From assembly GCA_050177605.1 (NCBI GenBank), contig JBFXGX010000020.1:1-34364 (forward strand): a DNA stretch of 34,364 bases, read 5' to 3'. Below, piece by piece: positions 1 through 8,010 of this stretch. The DNA comes from Candidatus Izemoplasmatales bacterium. GTDB taxonomy: Bacteria; Bacillota_I; Bacilli_A; Izemoplasmatales; Hujiaoplasmataceae. The notes under the pieces are model-generated. The model searched no databases. It saw only the letters and a program-made list of their open reading frames with translations, and was not told the DNA's origin. The first letter of the stretch is position 1. The number at the start of each line of letters is the position of its first letter. Position numbers and translations under genes: made by a program.

Positions 1-2023
1 TAGACTCGATGAATACAGCGTTGACTGCAAGGGTCAAATTTAAGATGTGATCACCAATAGTGACTACAGAATCAGGAATAAAAACGTAATTGACGTTCGT
101 TATACCACGGAAAGCTTCATCACCAATCGTGAGTAAACTGTCTGGCAAGATAATACTTTCAATATCTCTTAAACTTGAAAAACTATATTCTTTAATTTCT
201 GTTAGATTCGATCCTTCTTCAAAATATATCGACCGAAGATGATAGGACGTAGACAATGCATAGGCTTCAATGATTTGTACTGTAGCAGGTATCGTAAAGG
301 TATCGCTTAATGAAGCAGAAGGATATTTCACTAGAACTGTTTTGTCTTTGTTATATAGAACGCCACCCTCATCAATATAATTCGGATTTTCGGCAGCAAC
401 ATTGATTGAAACTAAATCGCTACAACCCATAAATGCACCTGGTTCAATCGTAGTTACTGAACTTGGAATGGTAATTGATACAAAATTTGCATCCCAGAAT
501 GCACGATATTCAATCGTTGTGAGTGTTGAATCATCTTCAAAGACGATCTCAGACAAAGTTCCACCAGCAAATGCTTCCGTTTTAATTGTTGTGATTGTAC
601 GAGGAACCCATAGACTAGTCATTGTGGCTTTTCCAAGCAAATCATTGGTTACTTCTGTCCATGAAGCTGGTAAATATAATGTGATTTCATGTGGGAAGAA
701 TGAACTAACGAGACTTTCATTTACCTCCGTTGTTCCTTCTGAAACAATAATTCTTGAGAAGCTGTCTGGAATATCGACATAAGTAACACCAAAGAATCGT
801 GGAAGTATCATATTAATATTGAGTGAAATGGTTAATTCTTCCATCAAGGTATCGTTAAAAAATACATTTTGTCCTAAGTTCACCGTATTGAAAGAGAATG
901 TTGCGGATTTTAGATTTGGCATATTTGCAAAACTCTTGGTTTCTAATGTTGTCAAATCCTCGTTTCCAATAATTTCTTCCAAAGTATTATTTCCTTCAAA
1001 TGCGCTTTCTTGAACTAACGTAACCGTATGAAGTGCTACTTCATTTGGAAAGACAACAACACTTGCATTTCCATCATATCCACAAATCTCAGCATGACTA
1101 TAAAACATTTCATAGATGAGGCCTGATGAATCACTCCATCTTGAAGTTAAAGAAATATCTTTCGCATAGGTAAAATTAAATGGTGCAGATAGTTTCTCTC
1201 CTTCATAGAACCAGCCCTCAAACACAAGGCCTGGAAGTGACACACTTGGTAAGCTTGTAACGACACTATCAATCGTCGTATCCACTGGAGGATAAATTGT
1301 AGAATCGATCGAATTAAAGAAGATATGGAATGTTGTTTTACTCCACTTTGCATATAACTCGACATTGCTAGACGGCATGAAGGTACCAGTGAATCTTGAA
1401 GTCAATGCTTCATCTGTGTACCAACCTTCAAATGTATACCCTGGTTCTGTCGGTACGAGCAAAGTTAGTTGTGCATCGTATTTCACATTTTTAGTCACAA
1501 CATAGTCAAGAAATGGATTATGATATATCAGTTGATACTCATTGATTTCATAAACTGCAGTTAACACGACATTATTAGATGGCATTTTAGCTGGAACGAT
1601 TCGATTCCATCCAGTAAAACGATAGCCTTCTATTTCTGGTAAATCAGTAAAGGCAGTGACTTTATCTAAATAGTCATACTCCTCAGTGAAAAGCAATGTT
1701 CCACTTGGTAGATAATATGATATTGAAAAAGATTCTTTCTCCCATGAAGCATAAAGTTCGATAGAAGAATCTTTTATTTTCGTCAAGTCTTCTTCTGTTA
1801 CTTCATCTGAAAGATCTGAATCAAGATACCATCCTAAAAAACTGTAACCCTCTTTTGAAAAATCAGAATAAAAATTTAAATTTTCCCTGTCATCATAATG
1901 AACAGTAACATCATCTTCAGTATTATTTAAATGATAGACAATTTCTATTGGTCCAGAGTAGGTACATCCTAATAAGAAAGTAAATAGAAAACCAATGATT
2001 AAACTAAACGCGAACTTCTTCAT
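1..2023 (-). CDS. Surface lipoprotein with InlB B-repeats (Flg_new) and BspA-type leucine-rich repeats; runs off the window edge
   Basis: Manual translation from ATG 2023 (GGAGGA RBS at 2031-2036) gives MKKFAFSLIIGFLFTFLLGC (lipobox). It continues with KEGYSFLGWY / PGYTFEGWYTD...LYAKW B-repeats and IPSSVTTIEPGAF / LPDSLLTIGDEAF LRR_5 repeats, with no stop before position 1. Not in the ORF track. Confidence 0.9.
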   Translation of the reverse strand, partial: MKKFAFSLIIGFLFTFLLGCTYSGPIEIVYHLNNTEDDVTVHYDDRENLNFYSDFSKEGYSFLGWYLDSDLSDEVTEEDLTKIKDSSIELYASWEKESFSISYYLPSGTLLFTEEYDYLDKVTAFTDLPEIEGYRFTGWNRIVPAKMPSNNVVLTAVYEINEYQLIYHNPFLDYVVTKNVKYDAQLTLLVPTEPGYTFEGWYTDEALTSRFTGTFMPSSNVELYAKWSKTTFHIFFNSIDSTIYPPVDTTIDSVVTSLPSVSLPGLVFEGWFYEGEKLSAPFNFTYAKDISLTSRWSDSSGLIYEMFYSHAEICGYDGNASVVVFPNEVALHTVTLVQESAFEGNNTLEEIIGNEDLTTLETKSFANMPNLKSATFSFNTVNLGQNVFFNDTLMEELTISLNINMILPRFFGVTYVDIPDSFSRIIVSEGTTEVNESLVSSFFPHEITLYLPASWTEVTNDLLGKATMTSLWVPRTITTIKTEAFAGGTLSEIVFEDDSTLTTIEYRAFWDANFVSITIPSSVTTIEPGAFMGCSDLVSINVAAENPNYIDEGGVLYNKDKTVLVKYPSASLSDTFTIPATVQIIEAYALSTSYHLRSIYFEEGSNLTEIKEYSFSSLRDIESIILPDSLLTIGDEAFRGITNVNYVFIPDSVVTIGDHILNLTLAVNAVFIES

Positions 2024-2051
2024 AATTGTTTCCTCCTCGATTTTTATATTG

Positions 2052-2576
2052 TTATTGAAGATTCCCTGGCACTAAATACTCCTCGATTTTGAGTAAACGC
2101 CCTTGTTGGTTCAGTTGATCAATTCGTTTGTTCAACTTCCCATCGAGTTTCAGAGGAATCTTTTTACTAGGGGTATTATCCATATCGACAGGATAGAGAA
2201 ATGCTTTATAGTAAGGTTTGAAATAATCGTATGCTGCTTTAATGGCTTCATAGCCGTAATGATTTCCATGAGAGGATACTTTCGTCCAAATACCAAATTC
2301 AGGGATGTCCTCTAGCAAATGATGCACGCCACCACATCCTATAAATTCATCTGTATCCTTTTTTAATATAACAAATGTGTAGTCTTTACCCTCTTTGATT
2401 TTGGGTAGGGTGGAATTGATAAACTCGTAAGTCTCATCAATGGTCAGGGCTGGAGCAGGATACATATACTTGCAGACGTCTTCATTAAACTCTGTAAAGA
2501 TCTCTTCTGCAAAACGTTTTTCAAGTGGAACAAGTTTGATATGCTCTGATTCAATGATTAAATATTCTACTTCCAT
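2052..2576 (-). CDS. GNAT family N-acetyltransferase (RimJ/RimL-like)
   Basis: IESEHIKLVPL N-terminus, FIGCGG, EFGIW...HGNHYGYEA acetyl-CoA motif, N..S.KI..KL motif. Confidence 0.85.
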   Translation of the reverse strand: MEVEYLIIESEHIKLVPLEKRFAEEIFTEFNEDVCKYMYPAPALTIDETYEFINSTLPKIKEGKDYTFVILKKDTDEFIGCGGVHHLLEDIPEFGIWTKVSSHGNHYGYEAIKAAYDYFKPYYKAFLYPVDMDNTPSKKIPLKLDGKLNKRIDQLNQQGRLLKIEEYLVPGNLQ

Positions 2577-2675
2577 AGGAATCCTCTTTTCGTTATGATT
2601 ATGATAAACATATTATCACCTTTGTTTATAGATTAACACCTTTTTACGAAATAATCAAGAATAATTTAAAATATA

Positions 2676-2704
2676 TTGCATAATTCTTAATATTGTGTTA
2701 TAAT
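2676..2704 (+). promoter_or_regulatory. SigA-type promoter TTGCAT-17-TATAAT with TGTG extended -10
   Basis: TTGCAT 2676-2681, TGTG 2694-2697, TATAAT 2699-2704; predicted start near G2711. Confidence 0.75.
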
Positions 2705-2710
2705 TTATTT

Positions 2711-2880
2711 GTCCCTGAAGGTACCTGCATATGTGAAGGGATCGCGTCACCAACTTATTTTCCTCGAAATTTCTTATCCTTTTCAATTCCCCAAAATTAA
2801 AGTTTTATTTTCTTAAATGAAGTGAAGGGTGACGCAAGCAGTAAAAAAGAGACTAGCAACAACTAGTCTCTCATTTTTTT
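2711..2880 (+). ncRNA. Putative structured small non-coding RNA, family not recognised
   Basis: Near-consensus promoter upstream and terminator downstream, with no convincing ORF. GC-rich stems GUCCCU/AGGGAU and GCGUCACC/GGUGACGC stand out against the AT-rich background. Confidence 0.6.
2843..2880. terminator. Bidirectional intrinsic terminator
   Basis: AAAAAAGAGACTAG-caacaa-CTAGTCTCT followed by a T-run. Confidence 0.8.
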
Positions 2881-3308
2881 ATTTCGCCTAACATTTTTTG
2901 CTGGACTATTTTGTTGGGAATGAGTTCTACTAATTCATCCATTTTTTGAAGTGAATATTCTAGTATAATCTCTTTACCCAGTGATTTAAACATCACGAAC
3001 CCATTTCTTTTCTTTTTTTCAATCAATACCTCGTTAATCTCTTTATATAAGATAGAAACAAACACTTTCTTTTTTTGAAAGAGAACGACTTCATTACTAG
3101 TGAATCTTACCTTTTTTTGAGAAAAAACAAAGAGTGATAAAATTCCTTCGCCAATGATTACATTGATCAAATATGCTAGCCAACTGATATGTCCATCGTC
3201 AGTGAGATTAAGAAAAGCATTGACCAAAAAAAGGAATGGTATGATAAGCATCACTAAATAGAAATATTTCATGCTTTCTTTATATTGATACATTGTTGTC
3301 TTTTTCAC
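2871..3308 (-). CDS. Hypothetical membrane protein (2 N-terminal TM segments)
   Basis: GTG start with GGAGGTG RBS; two hydrophobic stretches then a basic soluble domain. Confidence 0.7.
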   Translation of the reverse strand: MKKTTMYQYKESMKYFYLVMLIIPFLFLVNAFLNLTDDGHISWLAYLINVIIGEGILSLFVFSQKKVRFTSNEVVLFQKKKVFVSILYKEINEVLIEKKKRNGFVMFKSLGKEIILEYSLQKMDELVELIPNKIVQQKMLGEIKK

Positions 3309-3461
3309 CCGGCACCTCCATGAATATCTCTATTATATCAAATTTATCAAAAAACACATTATTTATCAAAAAAACCACAAAAATATGAGAATTTGTTCGT
3401 ATAGTTTGTTGTGTAAGTTGTAGGCATTTGATACAATGAAATTAAAAAGGGGGGATTCAAG

Positions 3462-3971
3462 ATGAGCTTCAAAGAGGAATTTGAACAAGAAAAAAAGGAG
3501 TTACTAGAAAATAAACGTCCATATGAAACTGCAGCTGCGATTATTTTCGCTGTTTTCTTCTTACAACAAGTTGGGATGTTACTCTATCGTACAGTAGAAT
3601 TTTTTATTGATCTATTCAAATCGGGTGTAACACCATTTTATTCATTTACGAGTATGACAACGCCAGTATTTTTCACACGTATCATCAACGTGGACAATAG
3701 TAGCTGGGTTTTTGTTTTACTAGGACTAGCTGCGCTTGTATTATGGTATGGACTAATCTACATCTTAGTCTTCAGGTACTGTGAGAAAAGGAAACTAGCA
3801 AAATGGACTTGGACGACTTTGATTATGTTTGGTCCAACGATTTTATTTATGCCACCGTATATCATTTACGCAGTCTATGTATTTCGTCCATACTTCTTCC
3901 GTTTTATTAAAACCGTCGTGGAAGAGTACAAAGCTTTTGATGTAAAGACTAAATTTAAAGAGGAAGAATAA
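3462..3971 (+). CDS. Hypothetical membrane protein (~3 TM)
   Basis: AGGGGGA RBS, TG-n-TACAAT -10 upstream, hydrophobic segments, terminator directly after the stop. Confidence 0.8.
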   Translation: MSFKEEFEQEKKELLENKRPYETAAAIIFAVFFLQQVGMLLYRTVEFFIDLFKSGVTPFYSFTSMTTPVFFTRIINVDNSSWVFVLLGLAALVLWYGLIYILVFRYCEKRKLAKWTWTTLIMFGPTILFMPPYIIYAVYVFRPYFFRFIKTVVEEYKAFDVKTKFKEEE

Positions 3972-4003
3972 AAAAGGACTAGTCGAAAGACTAATCCTTT
4001 TTT
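3970..4003. terminator. Bidirectional terminator between convergent genes
   Basis: AAAAAAGGACTAGTC-GAAA-GACTAATCCTTTTTT. Confidence 0.75.
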
Positions 4004-4716
4004 TGATAAATTTTAATCGAATCAATTTGAAAATCAAATGGTAAATCTTCTGGGACTAATTTTCCAGCGTACCATCCACCAACCGCTAAGTTGATGATCA
4101 GGTAATAAGGCTGATCGAATGGCCACTCTGCAAAGGTGTCGTTTTCTTCTTTTTTGATAGTCATTACTTCATCTGTGTCCACAAAGAAGTGAAGTGCTTC
4201 TTCAGTCCATTCTAAAGTATAATCATGAAATTGAAGGGATGCGTCTGCGAGCGGTGTCGTTGCCATCTTTTCAGTATGAATTTTATGGTTATAACTTTCT
4301 GTATGAATAGCACAGGTCACTTGCGATGGCCTGTTTCCTGCATATTCTAACAAGTCAATCTCACCACATCTTGGCCAAGGAATTCGTTCTTTTCCGGTGT
4401 TTCCTAAAAACCATATCGCTGGCCAGGCACCTCTTCCTGTTGGCATCTTTGCACGAAAGACAAATTTTCCATATTGGAAATGAAGTTTATCTTTTGTGAC
4501 AATTCGTGCAGATTTAAACGGACAATGTGCTTCTGGCTCATAGGTAGCCTTTATATGTAATATGGAATCGGCGATGTAACTATGTGTATCATCGTCAGTG
4601 TAACATTGAGATTCGTTGTTTGCCCACTTTTCACCGACTTGGTGTGTCCAGATAGTTTCATCTAATTTCCCATCAACTAAAAAATCGTCTTCAAATATCA
4701 ATACATATTCCTTCAT
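3991..4716 (-). CDS. Glycoside hydrolase family 16 (laminarinase-like), no signal peptide
   Basis: WANNESQCY, SARI.TK, QYG, GAWPAIW, WPRCGEIDLLE (ExDxxE catalytic motif), WPFDQPYYLIINLAVGG. Confidence 0.93.
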   Translation of the reverse strand: MKEYVLIFEDDFLVDGKLDETIWTHQVGEKWANNESQCYTDDDTHSYIADSILHIKATYEPEAHCPFKSARIVTKDKLHFQYGKFVFRAKMPTGRGAWPAIWFLGNTGKERIPWPRCGEIDLLEYAGNRPSQVTCAIHTESYNHKIHTEKMATTPLADASLQFHDYTLEWTEEALHFFVDTDEVMTIKKEENDTFAEWPFDQPYYLIINLAVGGWYAGKLVPEDLPFDFQIDSIKIYQKKD

Positions 4717-4723
4717 GGTTTAC

Positions 4724-5257
4724 TCACTTTCTAGCAAATGACGTATGAATATCTTTTGTTTCATGTAAATTAAAGATGATTTCAATGAAACTTTTATGAT
4801 AGTCGATAAATCTTCCGTCATCGATCATGTCAAATATTTGTTGTTTTGTTGCCCAAGCAACTTGTTTTACTTCTTCATATTGTAAGTGCAATGAATGGAT
4901 GTCCACATCCTCAGTGATTACATAAACATCATCAAATCCAAATGAAAATCGAAAAGTGAAGGTTGGCGTTTGATTGCTTAGGTCAATTTTAAGTCCTAAT
5001 TCTTCGAAGACTTCTCTTTCTGCAGCTTGTCTGGAAGTATCTCCCATCACCGCACTACCACCTACTGTAACATCCCATAGATTAGACCAACTTTCTTTAA
5101 AAGGTTGTCTTTGTTGAATCAACATTTGTCCTTGCTGATTAAATATACAGATGTGAACCACCGTATGGAAATATCCTTTTGGAACCTCTTCACCACGATT
5201 TATGACTACACCAGTTCTTTGACGGTCTTTATCATATAATTCCCATTTTTCAGCCAT
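4724..5257 (-). CDS. NUDIX hydrolase (IDI-like/YfcD-type)
   Basis: Nudix box GDTSRQAAEREVFEELG, H..VHI motif, LQYEEV. Start moved to ATG 5257 (MAEKWELYD) with AAGGA RBS. Confidence 0.9.
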   Translation of the reverse strand: MAEKWELYDKDRQRTGVVINRGEEVPKGYFHTVVHICIFNQQGQMLIQQRQPFKESWSNLWDVTVGGSAVMGDTSRQAAEREVFEELGLKIDLSNQTPTFTFRFSFGFDDVYVITEDVDIHSLHLQYEEVKQVAWATKQQIFDMIDDGRFIDYHKSFIEIIFNLHETKDIHTSFARK

Positions 5258-5345
5258 CTTAATCACATCCTTACCTTCAAGTATTTTATCATATCTATCG
5301 TGCTTTCTCAATAAAACAAAAAATAAAAAGGCTTTTGCAAGCCTT

Positions 5346-5777
5346 TTATCCTAATACTTCTTGATAATAGTCTTCAAATACTTTTAGATCGATTTGGAAA
5401 TAACCATCATCGCCGTTTTCATAAGCTGATTTCATCTGTTCAAAAGCATAAACTAAAGTATCGGAGCTACCAACATAGACTTCATTTGTCATTCCACTCA
5501 CAAATGTCACCAGGGTATAATAGTTGAACACATTTCCTGCGTTCGTGATACTAGATTTAATGACAACCACTGGATTATCATCTTCAAAAGTTAAATAGAT
5601 TTCACTGAGCGTTGCAGAACTAAATCCTTGATAGTCTGATTTCACACCAGAGGATAATAAAAAGACTGCTGATTTTATTTCATCTTGATACATTTCTTCT
5701 TTTGAAGCACTGGTACAGGATAGGAATGTAAGACTAATGAATAAAAGCGAGAAGATCAAAAGTATATTTTTTTTCAT
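5346..5777 (-). CDS. Hypothetical lipoprotein
   Basis: ATG 5777 with GGAGGT RBS; MKKNILLIFSLLFISLTFLSC lipobox; terminator at 5325-5347. Confidence 0.8.
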   Translation of the reverse strand: MKKNILLIFSLLFISLTFLSCTSASKEEMYQDEIKSAVFLLSSGVKSDYQGFSSATLSEIYLTFEDDNPVVVIKSSITNAGNVFNYYTLVTFVSGMTNEVYVGSSDTLVYAFEQMKSAYENGDDGYFQIDLKVFEDYYQEVLG

Positions 5778-5849
5778 AGGAACCTCCGACAATGGACTTA
5801 CTCAATATTATACACTAGAATGTTTGGTTTTACACCTAAAAATCAGTAG

Positions 5850-5880
5850 AAAAAGGGTAAACAACCTCTTGTTTACCCTT
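5850..5880 (-). terminator. Intrinsic terminator
   Basis: Minus strand AAGGGTAAACAA-gagg-TTGTTTACCCTTTTT. Confidence 0.8.
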
Positions 5881-5885
5881 CCCTT

Positions 5886-6062
5886 TTATTCATCAAATAC
5901 ATTTTTAATTTCCTCAGTAATTTTATCAATGATTGAATCGCTGTATGAAAAAATATATTCTGTTTCATCCGTGTTCGATAACGTTGAAGTATCCGCTTTA
6001 TCACAACCTACAAATAGGAAGAATAATCCTACAAATAAAACGACAATAAGGATTTTTCTCAT
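5886..6062 (-). CDS. Small 58-aa acidic lipoprotein (not in ORF track)
   Basis: MRKILIVVLFVGLFFLFVGC-DKADTSTLSNTDETEYIFSYSDSIIDKITEEIKNVFDE*. It has a GGAGGT RBS, an ATGA overlap with the upstream stop, and a terminator right after its own stop. Confidence 0.8.
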   Translation of the reverse strand: MRKILIVVLFVGLFFLFVGCDKADTSTLSNTDETEYIFSYSDSIIDKITEEIKNVFDE

Positions 6063-6625
6063 GGCGTTACCTCCGTATAGGCTGAAATGATGATTGATAA
6101 ATCTTCCTCCGTTACTAAACTTCCAGCATTCATCAGTATACTATGTCCCGTATTATCGATAAATGTAAAGGAATTATCGACGAGATTGTGATTAAACGAG
6201 ACTTCCATTTGTGCGATACTAAAATCCTTCACAACCCCTATTTCTGGGTCGACTAAGATCCATGATGCATAACTTCTTGCTTCATAAGTTTCCAAATCTG
6301 ATCCAGCAGAATTAACTAACCATCTTAGAATATCCGTGTCATCTTCAGTTGTAACAATCATGATTGAAGGCGAAGCTTCTACCATGATACCTTCCATAAT
6401 GAATTTTAATTCTCCAATATAAATGGTGAGGGTATCTCCTACTTCTACAAGACCGTACAAAACAGATGTTTCACTCGGCTCTTCGTCCACGGTAATCTCA
6501 AATTTTGTTGCGGCGATAATCGAAATCTCATCAAAAGGATATTCAATCGTATCAGCGAATAGTCCTTTTGGAAAACCTAGAATCGAAAGTAAAATGACTT
6601 GAACTAAAAAGAATATTTTTTTCAT
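6059..6625 (-). CDS. Hypothetical exported acidic protein
   Basis: MKK plus hydrophobic signal ending LFA; GAGGTG RBS; acidic mature region. Confidence 0.75.
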   Translation of the reverse strand: MKKIFFLVQVILLSILGFPKGLFADTIEYPFDEISIIAATKFEITVDEEPSETSVLYGLVEVGDTLTIYIGELKFIMEGIMVEASPSIMIVTTEDDTDILRWLVNSAGSDLETYEARSYASWILVDPEIGVVKDFSIAQMEVSFNHNLVDNSFTFIDNTGHSILMNAGSLVTEEDLSIIISAYTEVTP

Positions 6626-6682
6626 TCTATCACCTCTAATTTCATTATACGCCTATACCTAGAGAAGTTTCAATAGCGGAAG

Positions 6683-8008
6683 CTATTTTTTAATTGTGTT
6701 GATAAATCGTTTGTATTTATTCTTTTCCTGTGGAAGCGAAATCTTAGCTAGAGTGTAGGATATGACAACTTGATGACAATCGAGTTTTGCTAATTCATTA
6801 TGTAAGATTTGATTCAGAATCGTAATCACGGAATCATCCTCAACAGCCAGATCAAGTGTAATGTTGATTTCATTCTTTTTCGGTTGAACAACTTGGAACT
6901 CTTTGATCAAATCACTGGAGATAATTATCCACCTTACAAAAAGGTCAGGATAGACGATTCGCTCTTCACCAGAAGAAGTTATGAAATAGAGGAGATCATC
7001 ATGTCGCCCAAGGACTTGGTCAATCGCCCTGAAATGGGAATGACATGAGCAATTTTCTTTTAATACAACCATATCATTCATCTCATACCGAATGAGTGGC
7101 TGTGCAAAATTAACTAAATTGGTAATAATCATTTTATGGCCTATCTCACCCTTTGTTTGAATCAACTCATTTTTTTGATTATATAACTCGACAAATACGA
7201 GGTCTTCGTTGATATGTAAGGTGCCATCCTTACATGCACTCGCCATCTGTCCTTCACTCGCTTGATAAATCTCAATTACTGACGAATGAAACGCTTCTTC
7301 AAAACGATGTTTGTCTTCCTTATTTAATACTTCTGCGTAGGTTACTACTTTTTTTATTTTTACTTTGATAAGACCTGCGAATATTATTATTTGTCTTAAA
7401 AGACTTGGAGGTGCCATTAAAATGTTGATGTTCATTTCATTAATTGTTTTGATTATTGTCTCAGGGGACGCCATCGTGGACATATATTTCAGTTTTATAA
7501 AAGGAGAATTGATATCATCAAATCCTTGTGAGAAAACTCTTAATAAAAAGAGGATTCGAAAAGGTAATTCTCGTAGTCTTAGTCCACTTCTAGCTAAAAA
7601 AACAAAGGGAAGTCTTTTGGTCATTTTTTTAGGCGTAATGTAAATACCCCTGTTCCCACTTGTCCCACTAGATAATCCGACGACAAACTGATCCTGATAA
7701 TAACCATAATAATCTTTTTCTATTTCTTTTTTGATGGCATACGCTTCAACTTCTTCTTTCACCAGCAAAGAGGTATTCAGCGAAGAAAAGTTTTCCATCA
7801 TTATTTGCTTGTTTATGGTTGGAAAAAGGTAGAAATCATCGATTGTATTCAAAGGATAGCCTTCATAGTACGCCCGGTAAAATGGACTATGTTTTCGCGC
7901 GTATTTGACGATTTTTTTGATTTGTTTAAACTGATACTTTTCAATCTGTTTTTTCGAAAAATATCTTTGATGATATATTAGTCTAATGTAATCTATCAAT
8001 CCAAACAT
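6683..8008 (-). CDS. Adenylate-forming enzyme, phenylacetate-CoA ligase / F390 synthetase-related family
   Basis: GLSSGTSGNRG P-loop, SPFY, EIYQASEG, LHINEDLV, ITNL...QPLIRYEMND, GRHDD. Confidence 0.88.
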   Translation of the reverse strand: MFGLIDYIRLIYHQRYFSKKQIEKYQFKQIKKIVKYARKHSPFYRAYYEGYPLNTIDDFYLFPTINKQIMMENFSSLNTSLLVKEEVEAYAIKKEIEKDYYGYYQDQFVVGLSSGTSGNRGIYITPKKMTKRLPFVFLARSGLRLRELPFRILFLLRVFSQGFDDINSPFIKLKYMSTMASPETIIKTINEMNINILMAPPSLLRQIIIFAGLIKVKIKKVVTYAEVLNKEDKHRFEEAFHSSVIEIYQASEGQMASACKDGTLHINEDLVFVELYNQKNELIQTKGEIGHKMIITNLVNFAQPLIRYEMNDMVVLKENCSCHSHFRAIDQVLGRHDDLLYFITSSGEERIVYPDLFVRWIIISSDLIKEFQVVQPKKNEINITLDLAVEDDSVITILNQILHNELAKLDCHQVVISYTLAKISLPQEKNKYKRFINTIKK

Positions 8009-8010
8009 GA

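Noticed and set aside
402..1365. ORFs 402-782, 819-1013 and 1147-1365
   Set aside because: Antisense or out-of-frame shadows of the long minus-strand lipoprotein (<1..2023).
2733..2816. 27-codon GTG ORF within the putative RNA
   Set aside because: No well-spaced RBS and the start lies in a hairpin; not excluded, but weaker than the RNA interpretation.
2711..2845. Hammerhead ribozyme, SRP RNA, retron ncRNA or riboswitch identity for the putative RNA
   Set aside because: CUGAAGG is not a proper CUGAnGA core with flanking stems, the SRP GGAAGG-AGCAG helix is absent, no RT is nearby, and there is no downstream plus-strand gene for a riboswitch.
3342..3373. 13-bp direct repeat ATTTATCAAAAAA in a divergent promoter region
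   Set aside because: Low-complexity and AT-rich, with only two copies; may be a regulator site but cannot be told from chance.
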